Source of the DNA: a virus
Reading direction: 5' to 3' (one strand)
Length of the DNA stretch: 64,000 nucleotides
Virus record (IMG/VR): IMGVR_UViG_3300023184_000101
Location: 4,706 to 68,705 of that record
The translations under genes were made by a program, and so were the position numbers. Shown one piece after another: positions 30,801 to 39,908 of the stretch. The stretch's first letter is position 1; each line of letters opens with the position of its first letter. A model generated the notes under the pieces. The model saw only the letters and a program-made list of their open reading frames with translations. It ran no database searches and was not told where the DNA came from.

Positions 30801-33800
30801 ACACCGTATTTTGTAAATGCAATTCAGAACGGCGTGAATAATTCAAGAAAGTCGGACCCATATCCTTATGTTCAGGCGGCTTATTTGTTCATTAATTCAT
30901 TACCATTAGCGTCTACAAGAGAAAGATACAAAACATATTCACAAGGACAAACTAGTGAGTTGGATTATATTGCTTCAGTGTTTAAAAAATTTGGTGCAAT
31001 ACATAAAGTACCATATGCTTGGGTTTTAAAAATGGGTTCTATCTGGCATAGATATAAAAAGCATGTCGAAACAAACGTAGATATTTTGGATTCATGTTGG
31101 AAAGAGTTTGATTATGCTGTTAACTACGACCCAATAACAAATGACGTAAACCATCAATATAGTTATGAAACTACTGTTCAAGGGATAAAACCCCCAACAC
31201 AAAAAATTGTTTTACAAGATGAAACCTCAACAAGTATTAAAATACAGAGCGGTTTTTATCCTAAGTTAGTTAATGACTTCAACGTTTTTTATAATGGATA
31301 TGAATTATATCAAAATTATACTAACGAAGAAATACAGGCTAGTTTAAATAATGGAATGAAATTATTTTCATTAAAAGAAGGTTCTATTTCAGGTGTAAAA
31401 CAAAAAACAAAAGACCTTATAGTTGAACCCTTTAGTGTGGTTATTCCACATTTAATTGATGATTCATCTAAAAATCAATCTGTTTGTGTGCCAGCAAATA
31501 ATACTAAAGGTGGTGAGTATTATGTAATACCATCATATGGAACTACTTTGAGTCAAACAGCGGCACAGTGTGTTAATACAATAGGTAGTACCATAGTTGA
31601 TTTAACATACAACCAATCAATGTATAATGGTAGTGTTAGATTATTATGGGCGGCACCAAACTATGGATATTTTGATTCATTATCAATTCGTAAACCATCG
31701 CCAGATTCTTATTTAAATTATATTAATCCATTAAGTGCAATACAAGCTCCGATGAGATTATACTCGGGAGATACGTATTCTAAAATTGAAGAGATTTTCT
31801 CTGTGTTTGATAAATCAATTCTGAATCAATTTGAACAAGAGTTTTTAAATTTTTGTAAACCAATTAATACATTAGACGCCGCATTATCAGTGGTCGGAAT
31901 TGGACAAAGCCCAATTGACTTAAATGCTGGATTTAAAAACTTCCAATCGTTTATGAGGACCGCAATGACAGTTCCGGCACAAGCGGCCTCTGAAGATAAC
32001 GTACAATATTTTAAAAACACTATCAATAACCAAGCTCAAGTTTTTTGTTCAAACATAAAGAACTTCATGGAGTATGATGTTATTTTAAGAAATGGTAACC
32101 CTGGAAATTACAATAGAAGAATATTCGGTTCTTTCCTTGGTACCGCAACTGACCCAATTCCATACGAACCGTATGTTAAAAACAGTTTACCAACATCAGG
32201 TGGCGGAATAACCTTGTCACAAAGTAAGGCAAAGTATCCACTTGAATGGGCGGCATTACAAACAAATATAGGGTTCTCAACAATCATCAATTTAGAATAT
32301 ACGGATAAAGGTTCTTATATTACAGACTTCTTTGTTGATAACAATATGTTATTTAGTGTACCAAACATCACATTATATTCTGAGTTAATAAAAGTATACG
32401 CAACAAGAAAACTATTAAATCCAACAATAACAACAGGAAATTTTAAAACACAAATACAAAACTTTATTTCTGACGGTACTAACATACAAAACATAGTTTT
32501 AAACAAAACATTGGAATCACTTAGAAAAAATTTAGATGATTATTCCCAATTACCCGAGAGAACAATTCAATCAGTTATTGATGGACAACAATCTAAAGTT
32601 GAAAACTATGAAGTATTTAAAGCACTTAACGATAAGTGGGTTGCTGGTGGTGACTATAAAACAAAAACATTGTTTGAAGATATGATGTTCTTAGACAGAG
32701 CATCAAGAAATATTGGAGATACAATTATTATTGACATATTTGACCTACAAACAATGTTGGGTAAAAATGCCTATAACGAGGCAATGAGTGTCTTCACACT
32801 TATAAGTGGAATTTTAATTAAAAATAATTTTAATGTAATGCCTCTTCCGGCCTATGTTAACTTTTATAATGTACAAGATGTTTCTGGGATTAATATACCA
32901 CAAAAATCTGAAGGTTCACTTGAGTTTGCGAATAGTATGTGGGGGACTTATTTAAATGTTGACTATAGAAACTCAGGTCCAAAAATGGTTTGTTTCTATG
33001 CGGGTAAACCATCACAATATTTGGATTTACCAAAAGGTAATTTTAGATTTAGAGATGATAGTTTTGATATGAAAAGGGCATCTGAAAATCCATTAATTGA
33101 GGACTTAAAAGATAAAAAAGATTATGGATTATCAAACAGATGTGTCGGGTTCAACGTAGAGATAGGGATAAGAAATCAAAATGTATTTAAAGATTTTTCA
33201 GTTTCACAAGAGGCGGGAAAGGCAACTTCTGAAACAATAAACGCTCAGTTAAATATGATTGACCAAGCTTCTGGTAGAAATGTTACAACTCAAAATGTAA
33301 GTTTGTATAATTTGTATAAAAACAGAAGTTATAAATGTAGTGTAACTTGTTTGGGTAATGCAATGTTACAACCTACAATGTATTTTAATGTACAACATGT
33401 ACCAATGTTTAATGGGCCGTATTTAATTCAGGAGGTTACACACACCATAGCGGCGGGAACCTTTGAAACACAGTTTACAGGTGTAAGACAAGGTATTTTT
33501 GATTTACCTGCAATTGATAATTTCTTACAGAGTATCAATAAAAATCTCTTAAGTAAAATTGAACAAGCGGTTCTTAATAAAAAAGACGCAACACCGGCGA
33601 TTGGTGCAACAACAGACCAAGCTAAGGCTTCTAAAATCATACAAGAAGCTAAGAGTACTTTACAAGCTCAAAACGCTTGTAAGAACAAATTAAGTCCTAT
33701 TTATACAGAACAAGGTTGGGAATCAGCAACAGCGAAATCAACACCACTTTCACCACAAGAATTTAAAGACGCTATCGTAAGTAAAACATCTGACTTATAT

Positions 33801-35171
33801 CTTCAAACAATAATATATTCTTTATGTTATGTTAGGGCATATCAAGGAACTAAAGATAAAGGTTCTTTTGTTGGGTTCAATAATAACTTTGCAACCGTAA
33901 CTTTAGATTTGGATTACGGAAATAATAACACATATTTCAATCAACAACCAAGAACGTATTCTTGTGTGGATGTTCAATCAGGAACCGCAACCAAAGTTGA
34001 GAATGTATTGCCTATTGCTAATTTCTCAGATGTAAATAAGTTTTTGGATTTTATGATTTCTAAATTGAATGCAAACGTCCAAAGAATTACGCAAATTGGA
34101 TTACCAAAATATTATGTTTGTTATTGGCCAACAACAAACTTTACCGAACAATATTATGATACTAAAGCGACCACAGAATTTAAAGAAGTTAATGCCAATT
34201 TCGAAAGGGCGATTAAATCTGCAGTAAGCTTAGGATTATCTGATTTAGAAGGTGTTTATGAGCCACAACCTACACCAACAATTTCTGCGACAATAGGGTC
34301 AACACCAACAGCAACTAGCTCGGTTACACCTACACCAACACCTACTAAAGGAACAATACCTCCACCAACACCTACACCAACTCCTTGTGAAAAACCTGTT
34401 ATTACTTCGTTCACGCCAACTTCAGGTGGTTACAACACTATTTTAACTATCACAGGAAAATATTTACAATCAACACTTCAAATCATTATAAATAACGTTT
34501 CTGTAGATAAAGGTTTCACTGTTTCAAGCGATGGAACACAACTTACTGTTACAGTACCTGAGGCAAGATTAATTGGTGTATTAATTAATTCTATAACTGT
34601 AAAAACTCAGAATGGGGATGTTACAAGCACTGAAAAATTCATTTACAATCCGGCAATCAAAATGCCGATTTCTCCTGCACGACCATTGAATTTAACGATG
34701 GCAAGCACACAAACACAAATAAAAGATACTGAAAAACAAAGTTCTACATTTTATGATGGGCTAACAGGACCAAAAGTACTAACTGAAAAAATTGTAACAC
34801 TTCCAACAGGAACCATGCAAAATATATCAGTTAAGGTAAATACCGATGTTGGAATATGGTCGATAACTGACAGTGTGAATATACAGTTACAATTATTTGG
34901 GTACGATGTAGGACCAAACAATTCAATTAATAAAGTATTAATCAAAGAACAGGGATTCACAGAAACAGGTTTAGTTTCAACTAATAGACAATCGTTCTTT
35001 ATCGATGCCACTGATATTGATGACTTGATAAAAAACAGTGGTAAATTCACTGCTGATGAAATTAAAAAAACTAAGGAAATACTCGGAAGAGTGTCCTTAA
35101 CAACAATACCGGCGGACAAAAATAAACAACAAATAAATTCAACATATAACTTCAAAATCTTGATGGTTTAA
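27825..35171 (+). CDS. Very large baseplate hub-like protein with Thr/Pro linker and C-terminal IPT/TIG domain
   Basis: Hub-like segment SYKCSVTCLGNAMLQPTMYF...GPYLIQEVTHTI...FETQFTGVR. A TPTPTP linker is followed by PVITSFTPTSGG...LTITG (IPT/TIG). Confidence 0.6.
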   Translation: MAGNLQADNSGNILVDFDYNNIIVVDPNKTIDSFGNVKERLVDHENLVMYANLEAEVVPRTKLSVGGSPEDRIRTISVAKINFLKPTKNAYLGTGYYDELTGKNSTKYEGVNQPKQTLTQTADGKEAYKINSVADQTNVIDTGLLGMTSISIRTSTSFIPTVSIRLEDIQGRALFQLGNNSPYSAFFNLPYCPFYLTLKGYYGQAIRYQLNLEKFSASFNQAGGSYIVDLEFKGYKFNILNEISFGHLLAAPHMYSQRFQITQSPTEGQNANEQKDASLAGKTGAGTTSTNNVTSEIVAERGYQKVAELYSEYKAKGLVARDFPELTVQQLMNKLDNFEQAIVNSYQKANVEPLTNIRNYQQKLKEYFANVRGENTSWFNTYCDVRPIYLNNKPEVVYAYKANLDQAAISEANTKLSDLVARYNLGLAENPTLGKAGTSPIPNPIKYDDFFKTVVGSDVDWVETTRSQTGIIAPTTGDTELVKTTLSKFFKVSFETDINSNLALPVPKKIVLPQFIVFEGDKHFDKSLANMETLASAKLAEIEGLLSADLARKIEDKATGLGFKPTVRNIIAVLMASSEAFIRLLDDVHTNAWNVKYDPIRKNAILDNPSSARSSDGRDDVKISADAQQSNQGLSTAQIPVYPWPQFFVETPEDKKGRFQLKYIADPSVVNSTKGYLYDKWPEVEFVEEYMKGLTQKFQNPLSQPSLGAESKTIITNVNGIEFPNAGIAYVNKEEIKFFYEIWERQYLTSFYSGYVRILGNNNGSDVFSDYAMSAESQNIKLSLGASSPYLNLKLKNLNLNSTNYVSTLETISNQGTGRAYQDFIRDFYVTPYIKTLTESPFSILNLNETGKIPEQPIVSEALQQIIKSPYNTPMLLDTYPFTDGKWCFNNMDNSAANTNELVYNTNKTYKIYSENKVIANFDTLTDYTTNRPVTNFSYLNVSNPSDGRTNGNLNEFYRTRITTEFIPTEGYCYFPSPDTTFEIRTTTSILNTPYFVNAIQNGVNNSRKSDPYPYVQAAYLFINSLPLASTRERYKTYSQGQTSELDYIASVFKKFGAIHKVPYAWVLKMGSIWHRYKKHVETNVDILDSCWKEFDYAVNYDPITNDVNHQYSYETTVQGIKPPTQKIVLQDETSTSIKIQSGFYPKLVNDFNVFYNGYELYQNYTNEEIQASLNNGMKLFSLKEGSISGVKQKTKDLIVEPFSVVIPHLIDDSSKNQSVCVPANNTKGGEYYVIPSYGTTLSQTAAQCVNTIGSTIVDLTYNQSMYNGSVRLLWAAPNYGYFDSLSIRKPSPDSYLNYINPLSAIQAPMRLYSGDTYSKIEEIFSVFDKSILNQFEQEFLNFCKPINTLDAALSVVGIGQSPIDLNAGFKNFQSFMRTAMTVPAQAASEDNVQYFKNTINNQAQVFCSNIKNFMEYDVILRNGNPGNYNRRIFGSFLGTATDPIPYEPYVKNSLPTSGGGITLSQSKAKYPLEWAALQTNIGFSTIINLEYTDKGSYITDFFVDNNMLFSVPNITLYSELIKVYATRKLLNPTITTGNFKTQIQNFISDGTNIQNIVLNKTLESLRKNLDDYSQLPERTIQSVIDGQQSKVENYEVFKALNDKWVAGGDYKTKTLFEDMMFLDRASRNIGDTIIIDIFDLQTMLGKNAYNEAMSVFTLISGILIKNNFNVMPLPAYVNFYNVQDVSGINIPQKSEGSLEFANSMWGTYLNVDYRNSGPKMVCFYAGKPSQYLDLPKGNFRFRDDSFDMKRASENPLIEDLKDKKDYGLSNRCVGFNVEIGIRNQNVFKDFSVSQEAGKATSETINAQLNMIDQASGRNVTTQNVSLYNLYKNRSYKCSVTCLGNAMLQPTMYFNVQHVPMFNGPYLIQEVTHTIAAGTFETQFTGVRQGIFDLPAIDNFLQSINKNLLSKIEQAVLNKKDATPAIGATTDQAKASKIIQEAKSTLQAQNACKNKLSPIYTEQGWESATAKSTPLSPQEFKDAIVSKTSDLYLQTIIYSLCYVRAYQGTKDKGSFVGFNNNFATVTLDLDYGNNNTYFNQQPRTYSCVDVQSGTATKVENVLPIANFSDVNKFLDFMISKLNANVQRITQIGLPKYYVCYWPTTNFTEQYYDTKATTEFKEVNANFERAIKSAVSLGLSDLEGVYEPQPTPTISATIGSTPTATSSVTPTPTPTKGTIPPPTPTPTPCEKPVITSFTPTSGGYNTILTITGKYLQSTLQIIINNVSVDKGFTVSSDGTQLTVTVPEARLIGVLINSITVKTQNGDVTSTEKFIYNPAIKMPISPARPLNLTMASTQTQIKDTEKQSSTFYDGLTGPKVLTEKIVTLPTGTMQNISVKVNTDVGIWSITDSVNIQLQLFGYDVGPNNSINKVLIKEQGFTETGLVSTNRQSFFIDATDIDDLIKNSGKFTADEIKKTKEILGRVSLTTIPADKNKQQINSTYNFKILMV

Positions 35172-35210
35172 TTTAACGATGAATTAGTATATTTATAATA
35201 AAAGATTTTT

Positions 35211-35435
35211 ATGGATTTAAAATTAGCATTGAACAATTACCTTGGAAAATCAGTGAGATATTCTGAGGAAGATAACGGAGACGGAAGTAAACAAGTTTGT
35301 GACTTGGATACTGGAGACTGTTACACAGTTAGAGAAAGAGACGGACTAATCGAAAGAGCGGGACATCAAACAACAGCTAACAGAAAAGTTAGAGTTGAAA
35401 CAGCTAACGGAATAAAACAACTTTTAAACGGATAA
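35211..35435 (+). CDS. Hypothetical protein
   Basis: 74 aa ORF with an upstream TATTTAT motif and CDLDTGDC. Confidence 0.6.
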   Translation: MDLKLALNNYLGKSVRYSEEDNGDGSKQVCDLDTGDCYTVRERDGLIERAGHQTTANRKVRVETANGIKQLLNG

Positions 35436-35439
35436 CAAC

Positions 35440-36111
35440 ATGAGTTTAGATAGAAAAATTATCAGCGAAATTCAAAGATATAAGAATATCAACAAATACA
35501 TAATGGAGCAAGATGCACCACCCCCACCGGCTGACTTAGGTACGGAGTTAGGGGCTATGGCACCACCACCACCTGCAGACCCTGCAGCCGCGGCGGCACC
35601 TCCACCAGAAGCTGTACCAGCACCTGAAGCGGCACCTCAACCAATAGATGTTGCGAATGACCCTGATGTTGAAAAGATTGACGACGACGGTAAGTCAGAA
35701 GAAAAGAAAGACGATGAGGGAGAAGGTTCAGAAGAGTTGGATGTAACAGACTTAGTCGATTCTCAAAAAAACATTGAACAAAAACAAGAAGAGTATTTTG
35801 AAAACTTGTTTGGACAATTAAATAAGTTAGAATCAAGATTAGGAGAAATGGACCAAATCATGTCTAAGTTGAATACCCTTGAAGCTAAGATTGAAAAATA
35901 CAGAGAAAAAACTCCTCAAGAAAAATTGGAATTAAGAACGTATGATTCATATCCTTTCAATCAAAAATTATCTGATTTCTTTGACGATAAGAAAGAAGAA
36001 ATGGAGTTAACTGGTAAGAAAGATTATGTGTTAACATCGGATGATGTAACTGACATTAATGCGAATGATGTAAAAAAATCATTCCAACCAACAGAGGACG
36101 ATTTAATGTAA
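35440..36111 (+). CDS. Acidic Pro/Ala-rich coiled-coil protein (possible internal head protein)
   Basis: 223 aa with PPPP/AAAA low-complexity stretch, an acidic region and a coiled-coil. Confidence 0.6.
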   Translation: MSLDRKIISEIQRYKNINKYIMEQDAPPPPADLGTELGAMAPPPPADPAAAAAPPPEAVPAPEAAPQPIDVANDPDVEKIDDDGKSEEKKDDEGEGSEELDVTDLVDSQKNIEQKQEEYFENLFGQLNKLESRLGEMDQIMSKLNTLEAKIEKYREKTPQEKLELRTYDSYPFNQKLSDFFDDKKEEMELTGKKDYVLTSDDVTDINANDVKKSFQPTEDDLM

Positions 36112-36132
36112 TACAAAGAAAAAAATATTGAG

Positions 36133-36159
36133 AAGGTCATCGAAAGATGACCTTTTTTT
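36133..36159 (+). terminator. Intrinsic terminator
   Basis: AAGGTCATC-GAAA-GATGACCTT with a GNRA loop, followed by a T-run. Confidence 0.85.
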
Positions 36160-36160
36160 A

Positions 36161-36193
36161 TTTGACATAGAGCCAAATTATACCTATATTTAT
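36161..36193 (+). promoter_or_regulatory. Putative promoter of the replication operon
   Basis: TTGACA-N17-TATATT, also readable as TTTG-N20-TATATTTA. Overlaps the TATTTAT motif. Confidence 0.6.
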
Positions 36194-36213
36194 AAACAAT
36201 AAAACACTTTAAA

Positions 36214-37074
36214 ATGAGTAATGTATTAGACGCCGTATTGGCACAGTATGAAAAAACAAAACAACAAGGGGCAGGCCCACAGTTCAAAATGTCGCAAGAC
36301 GAAAGAATGAAAAAGTATTTCGCTTTAATCCTTAGTGATAAAGAGAAACAAGGACAAAGAAGAGTAAGAATCCTTCCTACCCAAGACGGTTCATCACCGT
36401 TTAAAGAAGCTTGGTACCACGAAATTCAAGTTGGTGGTCAATGGCAGAAGTTCTTCGACCCAGGAAAGAATGACAACGAACGTTCACCTTTAAACGAGGT
36501 TTACGAAGAGTTAATGTCTACGGGTAAAGAATCAGATAAAGAATTGGCGAAACAATACAAGTCTCGTAAGTTCTATATCGTTAAGGTAATCGACAGAGAC
36601 CACGAAGAAGATGGTCCAAAGTTTTGGAGATTCAAACACAATTACAAGAACGATGGTATCTTGGACAAAATCATCCCTATTTGGAGAAACAAAGGTGATA
36701 TCACTGACCCTACAACAGGACGTGATTTAATCATTGAGTTAACAAAATCAAAAACACCGGCAGGTAAAGAGTACACAAGTGTATCTACAATTATGTATGA
36801 AGACCAAGCTCCTGTTCACGCAGAAAAAGAGCAAGCAAATGCTTGGATTAACGATGAGTTAACTTGGTTGGATGTATATTCTAAAAAACCTGTTGAGTAC
36901 CTTGAGGCGATTGCAAGAGGTGAGACACCGAAATGGGACACTGAAAAAGGTGGATATGCTTATGGTGACGCAACGGTAGCTGAAGAAACTTTCGGTGGTA
37001 GCAAAAAGGCGGCACCTGCAATGGTTGTTGACCCTCAAGCTGAAGCTGAGGCTGATTCGGATTTACCATTCTAA
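36214..37074 (+). CDS. Single-stranded DNA-binding protein (gp32-like)
   Basis: VRILP, V.VIDRD, DITDPTTGRDLII and an acidic C-terminus ending DSDLPF. Confidence 0.8.
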   Translation: MSNVLDAVLAQYEKTKQQGAGPQFKMSQDERMKKYFALILSDKEKQGQRRVRILPTQDGSSPFKEAWYHEIQVGGQWQKFFDPGKNDNERSPLNEVYEELMSTGKESDKELAKQYKSRKFYIVKVIDRDHEEDGPKFWRFKHNYKNDGILDKIIPIWRNKGDITDPTTGRDLIIELTKSKTPAGKEYTSVSTIMYEDQAPVHAEKEQANAWINDELTWLDVYSKKPVEYLEAIARGETPKWDTEKGGYAYGDATVAEETFGGSKKAAPAMVVDPQAEAEADSDLPF

Positions 37075-37081
37075 TTTATAC

Positions 37082-37110
37082 GGGTGGAGGTAATACTCCA
37101 CCCTTTTTTT
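37082..37110 (+). terminator. Intrinsic terminator after SSB
   Basis: GGGTGGAG-N6-CTCCACCC followed by T7. Confidence 0.85.
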
Positions 37111-37120
37111 AATTTATCAT

Positions 37121-37417
37121 ATGACATTTAAAGAAGAAATTGAATTACAATTAGTTGACAATAAAACATTGTCCTACGAAATATTGAGTCAATTAAAACA
37201 TAAGAATTATTACTCTGGTAGAGCTAAACAAATTGGTGATACAGTTTTATTTGGGATGTTGAAAGAAGAAACTGAAGATGGTCAATTGGGTTTGAAGTTA
37301 GTTACCTTTCATGAAGAGGAACTTAGTGAGTTGTATGAAGAAGATACAGAATTCTATAAGGTAACTAAGATAAGTAAAATACCAAACATTAAAAGAAAAG
37401 AAGATGGCGGGAATTAA
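37121..37417 (+). CDS. Hypothetical protein
   Basis: 98 aa ORF in the replication operon, overlapping the recA-like start. Confidence 0.6.
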   Translation: MTFKEEIELQLVDNKTLSYEILSQLKHKNYYSGRAKQIGDTVLFGMLKEETEDGQLGLKLVTFHEEELSELYEEDTEFYKVTKISKIPNIKRKEDGGN

Positions 37418-38387
37418 GAAAAAAGAATCGGGAGGATTTAAAGATAAGTTCTCAACCAAAACAAAATATAAAGAAACTAGCTACTACTTTTGTGGCGATG
37501 CTTTCTTAAGTGCTAGTGGATTACCAGGCCCTGTTATGGGTGGTATCAATATGTTCTTGGGACATAGTAATAGTTCTAAAACAACTGCCATGATATTAGC
37601 TGCGGCTGATGCTCAAAAGAAAGGTCACTTACCTGTCTTTATTATTACTGAAAAAAAATGGAGTTGGGAACACGCTGTTGAATTAGGGTTGGATGCCAAG
37701 AAGAATTCTGACGGTGAGTGGGACGGCGACTTTATTTTTAATGATAGTTTTGATTATATTGAACAAGTAACTGAGTTTATTAATGAAGTATTGGATGCTC
37801 AAGAGAAAGGAGAGATTCAACAATCAATATTATTCCTTTGGGATTCGGTAGGTTCAATTCCTTGTAAGATGACCTTTGATGGTAAGGGTGGTAAACAACA
37901 TAACGCAGCAACACTTGCTGATAAAATTGGTATGGGAGTTCACTCAAGAATTTCTAAATCAAAGAAAGAAGACTACGCTTACTACAATACTTTAGTAGTT
38001 GTAAACCAACCTTGGGTTGCTCTTCCTGACAATCCTTTTGGACAACCAACAATCAAAGCAAAAGGTGGCGAAGCTTTATGGTTAGCATCTTCATTGGTAT
38101 TCCTTTTTGGTAATCAAGCAAGTGCTGGTATTAACCACATTACAGCAACCAAAGGAGGAAGAACTGTAAGATATGCAATCAGAACTAAGATATCAATTTT
38201 AAAGAATCACGTAAATGGTTTAGGTTACAATGACGGTAAGTTGATTGCGGTACCACAAGGATATATTGAAGATACTAAGGAGGCTTTAGAATCTTATAAG
38301 AAAGAGTATTCCCAATATTGGAATGGTATCTTATCAGGAACTGGCGAATTGACTTTAGAAGAAACAACAGACGATATCAGCGAGTAA
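37404..38387 (+). CDS. recA: RecA/UvsX-like recombinase
   Basis: Walker A variant GHSNSSKTT, FIITE, Walker B FLWDSVG, VVNQ, KGGEAL and ILKNHV. Confidence 0.85.
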   Translation: MAGIKKKESGGFKDKFSTKTKYKETSYYFCGDAFLSASGLPGPVMGGINMFLGHSNSSKTTAMILAAADAQKKGHLPVFIITEKKWSWEHAVELGLDAKKNSDGEWDGDFIFNDSFDYIEQVTEFINEVLDAQEKGEIQQSILFLWDSVGSIPCKMTFDGKGGKQHNAATLADKIGMGVHSRISKSKKEDYAYYNTLVVVNQPWVALPDNPFGQPTIKAKGGEALWLASSLVFLFGNQASAGINHITATKGGRTVRYAIRTKISILKNHVNGLGYNDGKLIAVPQGYIEDTKEALESYKKEYSQYWNGILSGTGELTLEETTDDISE

Positions 38388-38419
38388 GAAACAATTTTTA
38401 TCACCTCTAATTTAACAAA

Positions 38420-39415
38420 GTGACTAAAACACTTTTAGTAGACGGAAACAATTTATTTAAAATAGGATTTCACGGAGTCAAAGAATTATACAGTGATGGG
38501 GACCATTTAGGTGGAATCTATCACTTTATAAACATTCTTAGAAGATTCTTACAAGAACATGACCACGATAAAGTGGTTGTATTCTGGGATTCTAATTCGT
38601 CTATCCGTAAATCAATCTACCCACAATATAAGGCTAATAGACGCCAAGATATGAATGAGGATAAGTACCAGTCATATCTTAATCAACAATCAAGAATTAA
38701 AGAATACCTTGAAGAGATTTTTGTAAGACAGGTTGAAATGATAGATAATGAGGCGGATGACCTTATTGCTTACTATTGTAAGGTTGCCGTTGAAGAACAG
38801 ATAATTATCTTTTCTGCGGATAAAGACCTGACTCAATTGATTAACGAGAACATTAGTATCTATTCACCCGTATCCAAACAATACTTTAAGAATGGAGATA
38901 ACATTATAATTAATAAGGTAGAGATACCTCATTATAACGTATTGTTATGTAAAATTTTTACAGGTGATAAATCCGACAACATAGATGGAATAGAAGGCCT
39001 TGGTGAAAAGACATTAATAAAATACTTTCCACAAATGCAGGAAAAACCCTGCACTATCAAAGAATTACTCGATATTGCACGAAATATCCCGCAAAAAAAA
39101 CCTATTAAAACTTTATCAAATATTTTGACTGGGAAGACAAAATCAACTATTCTTGGAGAAGAGTTTTATAACACAAACAAAAAAATTGTAGACCTTTCAA
39201 ACCCGTTAATTACAGATGATGGAAAGACCTTAGTAGAACAAATTTACACTGATACAATAGACCCCACCGACAGGGGGTATAAAAACCTAATGAGAATGAT
39301 GATGGAAGATGGACTCTTCAAGTACCTCCCTAAAGATGATGAGGCTTGGGTTAACTTTCTCACACCATTCACAAAATTAATAAGAAAAGAAAAACGAAAC
39401 ACAAACAAAAATTAA
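38420..39415 (+). CDS. 5'-3' exonuclease / RNase H (FEN-like)
   Basis: Motifs LLVDGNN, YKANR, EADDLIA, SADKDLTQL and GDKSDNIDGIEGLGEKT. GTG start. Confidence 0.92.
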   Translation: MTKTLLVDGNNLFKIGFHGVKELYSDGDHLGGIYHFINILRRFLQEHDHDKVVVFWDSNSSIRKSIYPQYKANRRQDMNEDKYQSYLNQQSRIKEYLEEIFVRQVEMIDNEADDLIAYYCKVAVEEQIIIFSADKDLTQLINENISIYSPVSKQYFKNGDNIIINKVEIPHYNVLLCKIFTGDKSDNIDGIEGLGEKTLIKYFPQMQEKPCTIKELLDIARNIPQKKPIKTLSNILTGKTKSTILGEEFYNTNKKIVDLSNPLITDDGKTLVEQIYTDTIDPTDRGYKNLMRMMMEDGLFKYLPKDDEAWVNFLTPFTKLIRKEKRNTNKN

Positions 39416-39420
39416 ACGCA

Positions 39421-39873
39421 ATGAAAGAAATGGACAGCACCAAAATGGAATTCCTTTTGACTTTGAATGACAACATTGTTGTACAAAGATTCTTCAACGT
39501 TAGAGGATTTAACCCTAAGGCGAAGAACTCGGTAGACTTGTATGATTATATCAAATCTCTAAAAGAAGAGTTGCAGTATTATCTTAAAATGAAAACAGTT
39601 GTTTACATGATGGACAACAGAGATGCAATCAGTCATGACCCAAAAATTATGGATACATCATTCACAGATGGTCCTGAAATATTTAACCTTTTTGTGAAAG
39701 TTGGAGAACAGACAATTTGTCATAGACAATTTGATGGAAAATTATTTCCGCCGAAAGTTCGTTATACGGTGGACGTACGACCATTTTTGAAAGATGTCTT
39801 AAGAGATTTAACTGACATTTTTTCAAACAACCAATTATCTTACCAATATTTGGATTTCGAAACAAGTAAGTAA
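39421..39873 (+). CDS. Hypothetical protein
   Basis: 150 aa ORF in the replication operon. Confidence 0.65.
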   Translation: MKEMDSTKMEFLLTLNDNIVVQRFFNVRGFNPKAKNSVDLYDYIKSLKEELQYYLKMKTVVYMMDNRDAISHDPKIMDTSFTDGPEIFNLFVKVGEQTICHRQFDGKLFPPKVRYTVDVRPFLKDVLRDLTDIFSNNQLSYQYLDFETSK

Positions 39874-39908
39874 GTATTTAATAAAAGAGGGGATATTTTA
39901 AAACAACT

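Noticed and set aside
20566-35155. Reverse-strand ORFs of 60-160 aa inside large genes (for example 29015..29494 and 34751..35155)
   Set aside because: They are fully nested antisense to well-supported CDSs, with no motifs or upstream signal.
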